From a virus (Duplodnaviria; Heunggongvirae; Uroviricota; Caudoviricetes), in the IMG/VR virus record IMGVR_UViG_2703718852_000002, positions 1 through 20,477 of that record: a stretch of DNA of 20,477 bases. The stretch is one strand, 5' to 3'. The notes beneath the pieces were generated by a model. That model was given only the letters and a program-made list of their open reading frames with translations, was not told the origin of the DNA and did no database searches. This document shows positions 1 through 8,196 of the stretch, in pieces (position 1 is the first letter of the stretch; every line of letters begins with the position of its first letter). A program made the translations under genes and the position numbers.

Positions 1-1053
1 TTACGGGGTAATGCCAACCGCTGCCGCCACTTTGTCGCCACTTGGCAGCGTTGCCAGAGGATTGAAACGGAGCGCCGTTTCCAGATGATCCGGTGCCAGA
101 TGTGCGTAACGCATAGTCATTTTTATATCGTGGTGTCCGAGAATTTTTTGTAAGGCCAGAATGTTTCCACCCGACATCATGAAGTGCGCCGCAAACGTAT
201 GGCGCAGAACGTGTGTGAGTTGACCGCGAGGGAGCACGATAGACGTTTTTTCCATCACGGATAAAAATTGAAAATAGCAGTCTGTGAAGAAATTGAACCC
301 ATCAAGCGCCATGATCTCTTCGTAAAGCTCTTTACTGATAGGGATGCTTCTGTTTTTCTTCCCCTTCGTTCTTACAAAGGTAATTCGGTATTTGGTCACC
401 TGTGAACGAGTAAGATTTACGGCTTCTCGCCAGCGTGCGCCTGTGCTTAAGCATATCTTAACTACCAGTGCCAGAATTGGGTCCTGACGTTTGCAATCAG
501 CCAGTAATTCAACAATCTGCTCATGGGTAAGCCATGCCATCTCTTTTTCTGCGATGGTGAATTTTCGCATGTTCTCCAGTGGGTTCGGATACGACCATTC
601 GCCCAGGCGGGATAGTTCGCTAAAAACACTACTTAGATAGCTTTGCTCCAGGTTAATGGTGACCGGGCTTGCTCCTTTCTTCCATTTCTCGCTGAAGTAG
701 ATCTCACCTGTCAGGCGTTTATCTCGATAGTGGGCAAACATTTTAGAGGTTAGATCAGTTGCAAGGGGATTGCCCAGAGCGTCAACCATCAGCAGCAATT
801 TGTCATAGACATGCTGCCCAGCAGTCAGTGATTTACCATGTAGTTTGAACCATAGCTCAACCACGTCTTTCAGTGTTCGACGATCCACTGATTCACCTAG
901 CCAGGGCTTTGCTTCGGTTTCTTCCATCGTGTGACGCTCAAAAGCCAGTGCTTCGCCTTTGGTGGCGAATTGTTTACGCACACGACGCCCACTACGTCCG
1001 GCGGGGTAACATTCGCAAAGCCATTTTCCTGTGGTGAGTTTTCGTACAGCCAT
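1..1053 (-). CDS. int: Tyrosine integrase, P2/186 family (350 aa)
   Basis: Starts MAVRKLTTGKWLCECYP at ATG 1053, with GGAGG 8 nt upstream on the minus strand. Carries tyrosine-recombinase motifs STGARWREA, HVLRHTFAAHF and GHHDIKMTMRYAHL. The track ORF extension to 1131 lacks an RBS. The stop codon is at 1-3. Confidence 0.9.
   Translation of the reverse strand: MAVRKLTTGKWLCECYPAGRSGRRVRKQFATKGEALAFERHTMEETEAKPWLGESVDRRTLKDVVELWFKLHGKSLTAGQHVYDKLLLMVDALGNPLATDLTSKMFAHYRDKRLTGEIYFSEKWKKGASPVTINLEQSYLSSVFSELSRLGEWSYPNPLENMRKFTIAEKEMAWLTHEQIVELLADCKRQDPILALVVKICLSTGARWREAVNLTRSQVTKYRITFVRTKGKKNRSIPISKELYEEIMALDGFNFFTDCYFQFLSVMEKTSIVLPRGQLTHVLRHTFAAHFMMSGGNILALQKILGHHDIKMTMRYAHLAPDHLETALRFNPLATLPSGDKVAAAVGITP
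19..41. repeat. Left copy of candidate att core (CGCTGCCGCCACTTTGTCGCCAC), inside the 3' end of int
   Basis: Matches 17623-17645 at 21 of 23 positions (C/T differences at repeat positions 12 and 23). Flanks on both sides are unrelated, as expected for attL/attR. Confidence 0.55.
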
Positions 1054-1241
1054 AAAAAATGCCCTCCAATAGAGAGCATTTTTACTGTATGTATAACCAG
1101 TGTCAATGTATGAAATCCTGCGACCATACATCTCACTGAAGCCATAATGAAGTAGGCTATTCTTTTTGCTATGTGATCATGTAACTTTTGCGGTTAACCT
1201 GTGGCTCATTTTTATTTTAGGCGCAGATATAAAAGCAAAAG

Positions 1242-1433
1242 TTATCGTGAGTTTTTAGTACAGATTTTTTTGGATTTACTAATAGTTCCATCATTGCAAA
1301 CGAATTTGCCATCAGAGGTACAGTGAGAAACACCTCCCTTTTTCCCTGAGCAGGGATAATTTCTAGCATAGGTAGCTAGTGGGTTTAATAACAAAGAACA
1401 TGACAAAACCACAAAAAATACCTTACCAAGCAT
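1242..1433 (-). CDS. Small secreted Cys-rich protein (63 aa), moron between cI and int
   Basis: Strong RBS (GGGAGGAAATT-ATG on the minus strand). Signal-peptide-like N-terminus [23 protein letters not shown], then a ~40-aa Lys/Gly-rich segment with 4 Cys. AT-rich. It starts 15 nt after the cI stop, on the same strand as cI and int. Confidence 0.6.
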   Translation of the reverse strand: MLGKVFFVVLSCSLLLNPLATYARNYPCSGKKGGVSHCTSDGKFVCNDGTISKSKKICTKNSR

Positions 1434-1448
1434 AATTTCCTCCCGGTA

Positions 1449-2018
1449 CTATTTAACATACTTGACTGTTAAACTTATAATTTTACCAATTATTTCAATG
1501 TCTTCTATCTTACATTCAAAGGCTCTGTTTCCACCCTCGACGAAGATTCTTCCACCGGGTAAACGAGTAATGTCACGGATCGTTATTTCGCCATCAATAC
1601 TTATTACCCATTTACCATCACGTATATCATCAAATTCCTTATCACAAATAAATTCAGAATTATTATCTGTGATTACAAAAAGATTCTTGAATGCCGACGG
1701 TAGAAATTCTCTATCGAAAATATAAAAACCGTCTTCACACAAGGCCCCATCAGATAATACATATTTAGCAACTTCCATAGTATTTGTATTACCTGAAGTT
1801 TGCTTTGAACCATGCCCGGTTGTGAGCCAATTAAGCGAGGTGCCTGTTTCAAGGGCGCACTGGATTACCCATTCTGCTGGGAATGAGTCACGCATGTAGC
1901 GTGTGGCGAGTGTACTTTTAGAGATTCCTAAATGATCGCACAACGCCTGTCGAGTCTTGAATCCATAAGCTTCTACCATGCGCTCTATGGCGCCTCGTCC
2001 GCCTTTCTCCAAATTCAT
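1449..2018 (-). CDS. cI: CI-type immunity repressor, phage 186-like (189 aa)
   Basis: N-terminal HTH (RQALCDHLGISKSTLATRYMR) and a C-terminal oligomerisation-type domain. ATG 2018 is preceded by GGAG (the GTG at 2024 is less likely). Divergent/convergent arrangement with apl-cII as in 186. Confidence 0.85.
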   Translation of the reverse strand: MNLEKGGRGAIERMVEAYGFKTRQALCDHLGISKSTLATRYMRDSFPAEWVIQCALETGTSLNWLTTGHGSKQTSGNTNTMEVAKYVLSDGALCEDGFYIFDREFLPSAFKNLFVITDNNSEFICDKEFDDIRDGKWVISIDGEITIRDITRLPGGRIFVEGGNRAFECKIEDIEIIGKIISLTVKYVK

Positions 2019-2042
2019 GGTCACTCCAAGTGAACTTTTATC

Positions 2043-2071
2043 TTGACGATTTCACCGTGCGATCGTATGTT
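2043..2071 (+). promoter_or_regulatory. Lytic early promoter candidate (pR/Pe-like): TTGACG-17 nt-TATGTT
   Basis: -35 at 2043-2048, -10 at 2066-2071, 17-nt spacer, about 70 nt upstream of apl. GATCGTAT / GATCCGTAT motifs at 2061 and 2095 and GTGAAC/GTTCAC at 2031/2078 flank it and could be operators. Confidence 0.5.
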
Positions 2072-2143
2072 TATGGTGTTCACAAAATACAAACGATCCG
2101 TATTCGTCCTGATTAATCATCATTAAACGAGGAATGTTGCATC

Positions 2144-2365
2144 ATGAGACCTAACATTTCAATCACTCTTACCACGCCTCATGTGACTATTGAACGCTAT
2201 AGCGAGCTGACAGGGCTATCCATCGATACCATCAATGACATGTTGGCTGATGGACGCCTTATCCGTCACCGTCTGCGCAAAGATAAAAAACGCGAAAAAG
2301 TGATGATCAACATAGCAGCAATGACCGTTGATGCGCTTTCAGAATGCAATCTAAACCTTAATTAG
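2144..2365 (+). CDS. apl: Apl/Cox-type small HTH excisionase / switch regulator (73 aa)
   Basis: First gene of the rightward early operon, facing cI. The HTH-like segment [21 protein letters not shown] resembles the P2 Cox architecture. Confidence 0.7.
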   Translation: MRPNISITLTTPHVTIERYSELTGLSIDTINDMLADGRLIRHRLRKDKKREKVMINIAAMTVDALSECNLNLN

Positions 2366-2397
2366 TTCGATTCTGAAATACATCAGAGGCATTGACC

Positions 2398-2907
2398 ATG
2401 TTTGATTACCAAGTTTCCAAACATCCACATTTTGATGAAGCCTGTCGTGCATTTGCACTGCGCCACAATCTGGTGCAACTGGCAGAACGTGCAGGCATGA
2501 ATGTGCAGATTCTGCGGAACAAGCTGAACCCAGCTCAGCCTCATTTATTAACCGCACCAGAAATCTGGCTGCTTACCGATCTGACTGAAGATTCAACGCT
2601 GGTAGATGGTTTTCTGGCACAGATTCATTGTCTGCCATGTGTACCGATTAATGAGGTGGCAAAAGAGAAACTGCCACATTACGTCATGAGTGCAACCGCA
2701 GAGATCGGGCGTGTTGCTGCAGGTGCGGTGTCTGGCGATGTAAAAACCTGTGCCGGTCGTCGTGATGCTATCAGCAGCATTAACTCTGTAACACGACTGA
2801 TGGCGCTGGCGGCTGTTTCATTGCAGGCCCGTTTACAGGCTAATCCTGCGATGGCGAGTGCAGTTGATACCGTGACTGGCCTCGGTGCTTCATTTGGTTT
2901 GCTGTGA
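2398..2907 (+). CDS. cII: CII-like lysogeny-establishment activator, phage 186 type (169 aa)
   Basis: [24 protein letters not shown]...NKLNPAQPH...[25 protein letters not shown] closely matches my recollection of 186 CII, including the 169-aa length. AGAGG RBS before ATG 2398. Confidence 0.85.
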   Translation: MFDYQVSKHPHFDEACRAFALRHNLVQLAERAGMNVQILRNKLNPAQPHLLTAPEIWLLTDLTEDSTLVDGFLAQIHCLPCVPINEVAKEKLPHYVMSATAEIGRVAAGAVSGDVKTCAGRRDAISSINSVTRLMALAAVSLQARLQANPAMASAVDTVTGLGASFGLL

Positions 2908-2914
2908 GGTGCTT

Positions 2915-3115
2915 ATGCTGACGAAAGAACCATCATTTGCATCGCTGCTGGTTAAACAAAGCCCGGCAATGCATTACGGTCACGGCTGGATCATGGGGGA
3001 GGATGGTAAACGCTGGCATCCGTGCCGTTCACAAGATGAATTGCTGGCAGAACTATCTACGAAAAAACGGGGGAACAAATGGCTATTGAAGGCACTGCGG
3101 CGACTGTTCCATTAA
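2915..3115 (+). CDS. Small early-operon protein of unknown function (66 aa)
   Basis: ATG 2915 is preceded by GAGGTG, immediately after the cII stop. This is the position of the small fil/dhr-type genes of 186, but the sequence is not recognised with confidence. Confidence 0.5.
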   Translation: MLTKEPSFASLLVKQSPAMHYGHGWIMGEDGKRWHPCRSQDELLAELSTKKRGNKWLLKALRRLFH

Positions 3116-3420
3116 GCCCCGGTGAACGCCTGAATGGACTTAATCACATTGCGGAGTTAAGGGCGAAAGTTTTTGGCCTGAATATTGAGTCAGAGCTTGA
3201 GCGGTTTATTAAAGATATGCGTGATTCACGGGATATTAATAGCGAACAAAATAAACGGGCACTGGCTGCCATATTCTTTATGGCAAAAATTCCAGCTGAA
3301 CGTCATAGCATCAGCATTAATGAGCTGACCACTGACGAAAAGCGGGAGTTGATTAAAGCAATGAATCATTTTCGTGCAGTGGTGAGCTTATTTCCCAGAC
3401 GGCTAACCATGCCGAATTAA
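3079..3420 (+). CDS. Early-operon hypothetical protein (113 aa)
   Basis: ATG 3079 is preceded by GGGGGAA. It overlaps the previous ORF by 37 nt in another frame. No recognisable motif. Confidence 0.5.
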   Translation: MAIEGTAATVPLSPGERLNGLNHIAELRAKVFGLNIESELERFIKDMRDSRDINSEQNKRALAAIFFMAKIPAERHSISINELTTDEKRELIKAMNHFRAVVSLFPRRLTMPN

Positions 3421-3487
3421 CCAACTAATGAAATTAATGGCGTAAACCCGCCGGGCATCCCTTTATCTAAATTCAGGAGAATTGATT

Positions 3488-3721
3488 ATGCGTAATATTG
3501 AAACCCTCTCGACCAAAACCGGACCGGATGACGCAGGGCTTAATATTTTACTGACAGAGGCTCGTCTGGAAGAACGCCGGGCAAGGGCTGAAGCAATGGC
3601 AGCTCGCCTTGATAGCCTGGCGTGTCATATCACATCCCGCCAGCTAACCCACGTCGAAGCGGCAGAACTGCTTCGTGTGACTGCTGAAGCAATCCAGAAC
3701 GAAGCGCAGGAGATCCACTAA
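3488..3721 (+). CDS. Small helical early protein, DUF2732-like (77 aa)
   Basis: AGGAG lies 8 nt before ATG 3488. Sequence MRNIETL...LLTEARLEERRARAEAMAARLDSLA resembles the DUF2732 family common in P2-like early operons (from memory). Its stop overlaps the next start (TAATG). Confidence 0.55.
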   Translation: MRNIETLSTKTGPDDAGLNILLTEARLEERRARAEAMAARLDSLACHITSRQLTHVEAAELLRVTAEAIQNEAQEIH

Positions 3722-3948
3722 TGGCTGATGCAATGGATCTCGTACAGCAGCGCGTTGAAGAAGAACGCCAACGCCATATCCGTGCTGCCCGTGCCAAAAC
3801 GCCGGGCGTGTCCCGCGTGCTTTGCATTGAGTGTGAAGCGCCAATTCCGCCAGCACGCCGCCGTGCCATTCCGGGTGTGCAGCTTTGCATTACCTGTCAG
3901 GAAATCGCAGAGCTGAAAGGCAAACATTACAACGGAGGTGCTGTATGA
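3721..3948 (+). CDS. TraR/DksA-family C4 zinc-finger protein (75 aa)
   Basis: CIECEAPIPPARRRAIPGVQLCITCQ gives CxxC...CxxC. Typical P2-like early gene. Translationally coupled on both sides. Confidence 0.8.
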   Translation: MADAMDLVQQRVEEERQRHIRAARAKTPGVSRVLCIECEAPIPPARRRAIPGVQLCITCQEIAELKGKHYNGGAV

Positions 3949-4802
3949 GCACCATCCTGAAATGGGCGGGAAATAAAACTGCCATAATGTCCGAACTGAA
4001 AAAACATCTTCCTGCTGGCCCGCGACTGGTTGAACCTTTCGCGGGTTCCTGTGCTGTGATGATGGAGACGGATTATCCCAGCTATCTGGTTGCGGATATT
4101 AATCCTGATTTAATCAACCTCTATAAAAAGGTTGCCGCTGATTGTGAATCGTTTATATCTCGCGCCAGAGTTTTATTTGAGATCGCAAACAGGGAAGTGG
4201 CTTATTACAACATAAGGCAGGAGTTTAATTACTCAACTGAAATTACTGATTTCATGAAAGCGGTATATTTCCTGTATCTCAATCGTCACGGTTACCGTGG
4301 TTTATGTCGCTATAACAAGAGCGGGCATTTCAACATTCCCTACGGTAATTATAAAAATCCGTATTTCCCTGAAAAAGAAATTCGCGCATTTGCAGAAAAG
4401 GCCCAGCGAGCAACGTTTATCTGCGCCAGCTTTGATGAAACGCTGGCGATGTTGAAGGCGGGGGATGTGGTGTATTGCGATCCGCCGTATGACGGTACGT
4501 TTTCCGGCTATCACACTGACGGCTTCACTGAAGATGACCAGTATCACCTGGCATCTGTTCTTGAACATCGGTCATCAGAAGGACATCCGGTCATTGTTTC
4601 TAACAGTGACACATCCCTGATCCGTTCGCTGTATCGCAATTTTACTCACCACTACATCAAGGCAAAACGCAGCATCGGTGTGGCAGCTGGCGAGGGTAAA
4701 TCAGCAACAGAAATCATTGCTGTTTCCGGGCCGCGCTGCTGGGTGGGATTTGATTATTCGCGTGGCGTGGATAGTTCTGCCGTGTACGGAGTACGTGCAT
4801 GA
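3945..4802 (+). CDS. dam: DNA adenine methyltransferase, Dam/D12 class (285 aa)
   Basis: [20 protein letters not shown] (SAM-binding FxGxG) and YCDPPY catalytic motif. GGAGG before ATG 3945; ATGA overlaps with both neighbours. The track start at 3885 is an upstream extension. Confidence 0.9.
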   Translation: MSTILKWAGNKTAIMSELKKHLPAGPRLVEPFAGSCAVMMETDYPSYLVADINPDLINLYKKVAADCESFISRARVLFEIANREVAYYNIRQEFNYSTEITDFMKAVYFLYLNRHGYRGLCRYNKSGHFNIPYGNYKNPYFPEKEIRAFAEKAQRATFICASFDETLAMLKAGDVVYCDPPYDGTFSGYHTDGFTEDDQYHLASVLEHRSSEGHPVIVSNSDTSLIRSLYRNFTHHYIKAKRSIGVAAGEGKSATEIIAVSGPRCWVGFDYSRGVDSSAVYGVRA

Positions 4803-7213
4803 GTCATGCCGATATGAACAACTGCTGCGGCTTTAACGAAGCTGCCGCATCGTTCTCATGGAACAGCTCGAAAAAGGCCATTAACCCTTATCTGGACCCG
4901 GTGGAAGTTGCGCCGGTTTCTACGCTTTCAAACCTGATCACTCTGTACGCTGCCGATAACGAGCAGGAACAGCTGCGCCGTGAGGCGCTGAGTGATCAGG
5001 TCTGGGAGCGTTATTTCTTTAATGAATCCCGTGATCCTGTCCAGCGCGAAATGGAACAGGATAAGCTCATTAGTCGGGCAAAGCTGGCGCATGAGCAGCA
5101 GCGTTTTAATCCGGATATGGTCATTCTGGCGGACGTCAACGCCCAGCCTTCCCATATCAGCAAGCCGCTGATGCAACGTATTGAATACTTCAGCAGCCTG
5201 GGCAGGCCAAAGGCTTATTCCCGCTATTTACGTGAGACGATTAAGCCATGTCTGGAACGACTGGAGCATGTACGCGACAGTCAGCTATCTGCATCTTTTC
5301 GCTTTATGGCAAGCCATGAAGGGCTGGACGGCCTGCTGATCCTGCCTGAAATGAGTCAGTTTCAGGTGAAACGCCTGTCCACCCTGGTAGCTGCGCATAT
5401 GAGTATGTGCCTTGATGCCGCTTGTGGCGATTTGTATGCCACCGATGACGTTAAGCCAGAAGAAATCCGCAATACATGGGAAAGGGTGGCAGCGGAAACC
5501 CTGCGTCTGGATGTCATCCCGCCTGCGTTTGAGCAACTCCGTCGGAAAAGAAACCGCCGTAAACCCGTGCCCTATGAACTCATTCCGGGTTCGCTGGCGC
5601 GTATGTTGTGCGCCGACTGGTGGTATCGGAAATTATGGAAGATGCGTTGCGAATGGCGGGAAGAGCAGTTGCGTGCTGTCTGCCTTGTCAGCAAAAAAGC
5701 ATCTCCCTATGTCAGCTATGAAGCCGTGTTGCATAAACGTGAGCAGCGCCGTAAGTCGCTGGAGTTTTTCCGTTCTCATGAACTGGTGAACGAAGACGGC
5801 GACACGCTGGACATGGAGGATGTGGTAAACGCCAGCAGCAGCAACCCTGCGCATCGCCGCAATGAGATGATGGCCTGTGTTAAAGGTCTGGAGCTTATCG
5901 CGGAAATGCGCGGTGACTGCGCCGTTTTCTACACCATCACCTGTCCGTCACGTTTCCATTCCACGCTAAATAACGGCAGGCCCAACCCGACCTGGACAAA
6001 TGCGACGGTAAGACAAAGCAGCGATTATCTGGTCGGTATGTTTGCTGCATTTCGTAAGGCGATGCACAAAGCCGGGTTGCGCTGGTATGGCGTGCGGGTG
6101 GCTGAGCCGCATCACGACGGCACAGTTCACTGGCACCTGTTGTGTTTCATGCGCAAAAAAGACCGCCGCGCCATTACAGCATTGTTGCGTAAGTTTGCTA
6201 TCCGTGAAGACCGCGAGGAGCTGGGCAATAACACGGGGCCGCGCTTTAAGTCTGAGCTGATTAACCCGCGCAAAGGAACGCCGACAAGCTACATAGCGAA
6301 ATACATCAGTAAGAACATTGACGGGCGTGGTCTGGCTGGCGAGATCAGCAAGGAAACGGGTAAATCTCTGCGTGATAACGCTGAATACGTGAATGCCTGG
6401 GCGTCTTTGCATCGTGTTCAGCAATTCCGCTTCTTTGGCATTCCGGGGCGTCAGGCTTACCGTGAACTGCGATTGCTGGCTGGTCAGGCGGCAAGGCAAA
6501 AGGGGGACAAAAAAGCAGGTGCGCCGGTACTGGATAACCCGCGCCTTGATGCCATCCTGGCTGCTGCTGATGCTGGTTGTTTTGCCACCTACATCATGAA
6601 GCAGGGCGGCGTACTGGTTCCCCGTAAATATCACCTCATCAGAACCGCTTATGAAATCAACGAAGAGCCGACCGCCTATGGCGATCACGGCATTCGTATT
6701 TATGGCATCTGGTCACCCATTGCAGAGGGCAAGATCTGCACTCATGCAGTGAAGTGGAAAATGGTTCGTAAAGCCGTTGACGTTCAGGAGGCGGCAGCCG
6801 ACCAGGGCGCTTGCGCCCCTTGGACTCGTGGCAATAACTGTCCCCTTGCTGAAAATTTGAACCAACAGGAGAAAGATAAATCAGCTGATGGGGACCCCAG
6901 AACGGACATTACCAGCATGGATGACAAGGAGTTGCACGATTACCTGCACAGTATGAGCAAAAAAGAGCGCCGGGAACTGGCAGCAAGGTTACGCCTGGTG
7001 AAACCGAAACGGCGTAAAGACTACAAACAGCGAATTACAGACCATCAGCGACTGCAGCTCGTGTATGAGCTGAAGTCCAGAGGATTTGATGGCAGCGAGA
7101 AAGAGGTCGATTTACTCCTTCGCGGAGGCAGTATTCCGTCAGGAGCAGGCCTGCGTATCTTCTATCGGAACCAGCGTTTGCAGGAAGATGATCAGTGGCG
7201 GAACCTGTATTAA
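4799..7213 (+). CDS. A: Replication initiation endonuclease gpA (rolling-circle Rep, 804 aa)
   Basis: HUH-type motif [10 protein letters not shown] and the two-tyrosine motif [10 protein letters not shown] typical of P2/186 A and phiX174-type initiators. Size and position match P2-family gene A. Confidence 0.9.
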   Translation: MSHADMNNCCGFNEAAASFSWNSSKKAINPYLDPVEVAPVSTLSNLITLYAADNEQEQLRREALSDQVWERYFFNESRDPVQREMEQDKLISRAKLAHEQQRFNPDMVILADVNAQPSHISKPLMQRIEYFSSLGRPKAYSRYLRETIKPCLERLEHVRDSQLSASFRFMASHEGLDGLLILPEMSQFQVKRLSTLVAAHMSMCLDAACGDLYATDDVKPEEIRNTWERVAAETLRLDVIPPAFEQLRRKRNRRKPVPYELIPGSLARMLCADWWYRKLWKMRCEWREEQLRAVCLVSKKASPYVSYEAVLHKREQRRKSLEFFRSHELVNEDGDTLDMEDVVNASSSNPAHRRNEMMACVKGLELIAEMRGDCAVFYTITCPSRFHSTLNNGRPNPTWTNATVRQSSDYLVGMFAAFRKAMHKAGLRWYGVRVAEPHHDGTVHWHLLCFMRKKDRRAITALLRKFAIREDREELGNNTGPRFKSELINPRKGTPTSYIAKYISKNIDGRGLAGEISKETGKSLRDNAEYVNAWASLHRVQQFRFFGIPGRQAYRELRLLAGQAARQKGDKKAGAPVLDNPRLDAILAAADAGCFATYIMKQGGVLVPRKYHLIRTAYEINEEPTAYGDHGIRIYGIWSPIAEGKICTHAVKWKMVRKAVDVQEAAADQGACAPWTRGNNCPLAENLNQQEKDKSADGDPRTDITSMDDKELHDYLHSMSKKERRELAARLRLVKPKRRKDYKQRITDHQRLQLVYELKSRGFDGSEKEVDLLLRGGSIPSGAGLRIFYRNQRLQEDDQWRNLY

Positions 7214-7305
7214 TTACGCGGGTTAACAATTCGTGCTCTTAATAATACCAGGCATATCAGGCTGATGAACGTAAAAAAACGTTTTACATCAGTAAGATTA
7301 TTATA

Positions 7306-7340
7306 TACTGTAAATATAAACAGTGGTTATACATACAGTA
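7306..7340. promoter_or_regulatory. Tandem LexA (SOS) boxes overlapping a promoter-like TTTACA-15-TATACT
   Basis: 7306-7325 TACTGTAAATATAAACAGTG has CTG-N10-CAG and matches the consensus TACTGTATATATATACAGTA at 17 of 20. A second overlapping box at 7321-7340 (reverse strand TACTGTATGTATAACCACTG) matches 15 of 20, with CAC replacing CAG. Confidence 0.65.
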
Positions 7341-7366
7341 TTGCGTGTGGTGTCATAGGAGGAAAG

Positions 7367-7555
7367 ATGCAGGACTATTTTTTGGAGTCTTTGAAGCTCC
7401 AGCGCATTGATTTTTTTCTTAAGCTTGTAGCGGCTAGTGAGTGTAGTGATGAAGAGAAGGGGCTGGCTCTGCAGTGGGTTTCTGAATTGACTGATGAACT
7501 CATGGCAAAAATCAGAACCCACGAATACAACCGCTCAATGGATGTCATCAGCTGA
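7367..7555 (+). CDS. Small SOS-controlled protein, candidate Tum-like antirepressor (62 aa)
   Basis: AGGAGGAAAG-ATG at 7367, directly downstream of the LexA boxes. Same map position as the LexA-controlled tum of 186. Function is inferred from context only. Confidence 0.45.
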   Translation: MQDYFLESLKLQRIDFFLKLVAASECSDEEKGLALQWVSELTDELMAKIRTHEYNRSMDVIS

Positions 7556-7565
7556 GGTGACTTTT

Positions 7566-7799
7566 ATGCGCATTGAAATAATGATCGATAAAGAGCAGAA
7601 GATTAGCCAGTCTACCCTGGACGCCCTTGAATCCGAGCTTTACCGCAATCTGCGCCCCCTGTATCCCAAAACGGTAATTCGCATTCGCAAAGGTAGCTCT
7701 AACGGTGTGGAACTAACCGGACTGCAACTGGACGAAGAAAGAAAACAAGTGATGAAAATTATGCAGAAGGTGTGGGAAGACGACAGCTGGCTGCATTAA
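7566..7799 (+). CDS. DinI-like protein (77 aa)
   Basis: MRIEIMIDKEQ...LDALESELYRNL...QKVWEDDSWLH parallels E. coli DinI (MRIEVTI...IDALAGELSRR...QETWESADDW). GAGGTG RBS. Confidence 0.8.
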   Translation: MRIEIMIDKEQKISQSTLDALESELYRNLRPLYPKTVIRIRKGSSNGVELTGLQLDEERKQVMKIMQKVWEDDSWLH

Positions 7800-7934
7800 G
7801 AAACGTTGCTGGCGTCTGAACTTGCTTCTGGCGTCAGCAAGGTTGAACAACGAGCCCTTGCGAGGCGTTAGCTCTGTAGTGCATGTCTATGCCGCATGAG
7901 ATCGCATGATCGTTTGAGGATCGTTTTTGCTAAG

Positions 7935-7958
7935 GCCCGCCAGAACTGGCGGGCTTTT
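7935..7958 (+). terminator. Rho-independent terminator ending the early/SOS transcription unit
   Basis: GCCCGCCAG-AA-CTGGCGGGC hairpin followed by TTTT. Confidence 0.6.
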
Positions 7959-8003
7959 GCGTAGATCATGCAGGTGCATGAAAACCACTACATAAAGCGG
8001 GCA

Positions 8004-8022
8004 GGCGTGGCGGGGATACGAG
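8004..8022. other. cos: cos-like cohesive-end sequence GGCGTGGCGGGGATACGAG
   Basis: The first 13 nt are identical to the 186 cohesive end as I recall it (GGCGTGGCGGGGAAAGCAT; P2 is GGCGAGGCGGGGAAAGCAC). It lies between the replication module and the portal gene, as in P2/186. Confidence 0.5.
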
Positions 8023-8196
8023 CGCGCGCTGATAGGGTAATCGTCAAAACAGGCATCAGCTAGGTTGAGTTGTAGCGGTGCTTAAGTTTGCTCGTTGTTT
8101 GATAGAGCTTAATGTATGTAATTGCCTACAGCTGTGGTTATCTATTAACATGTAAGGATAAGGTCACTTGCTCGCTGCCATTAGAAGAGGAACTGG

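Noticed and set aside
1054-1131. N-terminal 26-codon extension of int in the ORF track (and ORFs 897-1145 minus, 931-1113 plus)
   Set aside because: P2/186 integrases start at MAV/IRKL. The GGAGG RBS serves ATG 1053, and the extension has no homology logic.
3630-3927. Three overlapping minus-strand ORFs (69-86 aa) and the plus-strand ORF at 3728-3916
   Set aside because: They overlap the coupled DUF2732-like / TraR-like / dam genes, and their Arg/Cys-rich translations lack RBSs.
5966-6688. 240-aa minus-strand ORF and other internal ORFs within gene A
   Set aside because: They are antisense or out of frame within a clearly homologous 804-aa Rep gene and have no independent signals.
7265-7366. 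Longer 96-aa version of the Tum-like ORF starting at 7265
   Set aside because: It would translate through the LexA boxes and promoter. The strong AGGAGG RBS serves ATG 7367.
7800-7860. CTGGCGTC repeated twice and a 6-bp-stem palindrome CTTGCT...AGCAAG after the DinI-like gene
   Set aside because: The stem is weak with no T-tract. The GC-rich hairpin at 7935-7958 is the better terminator. It may be a terminase or cos accessory site, but I cannot support that.
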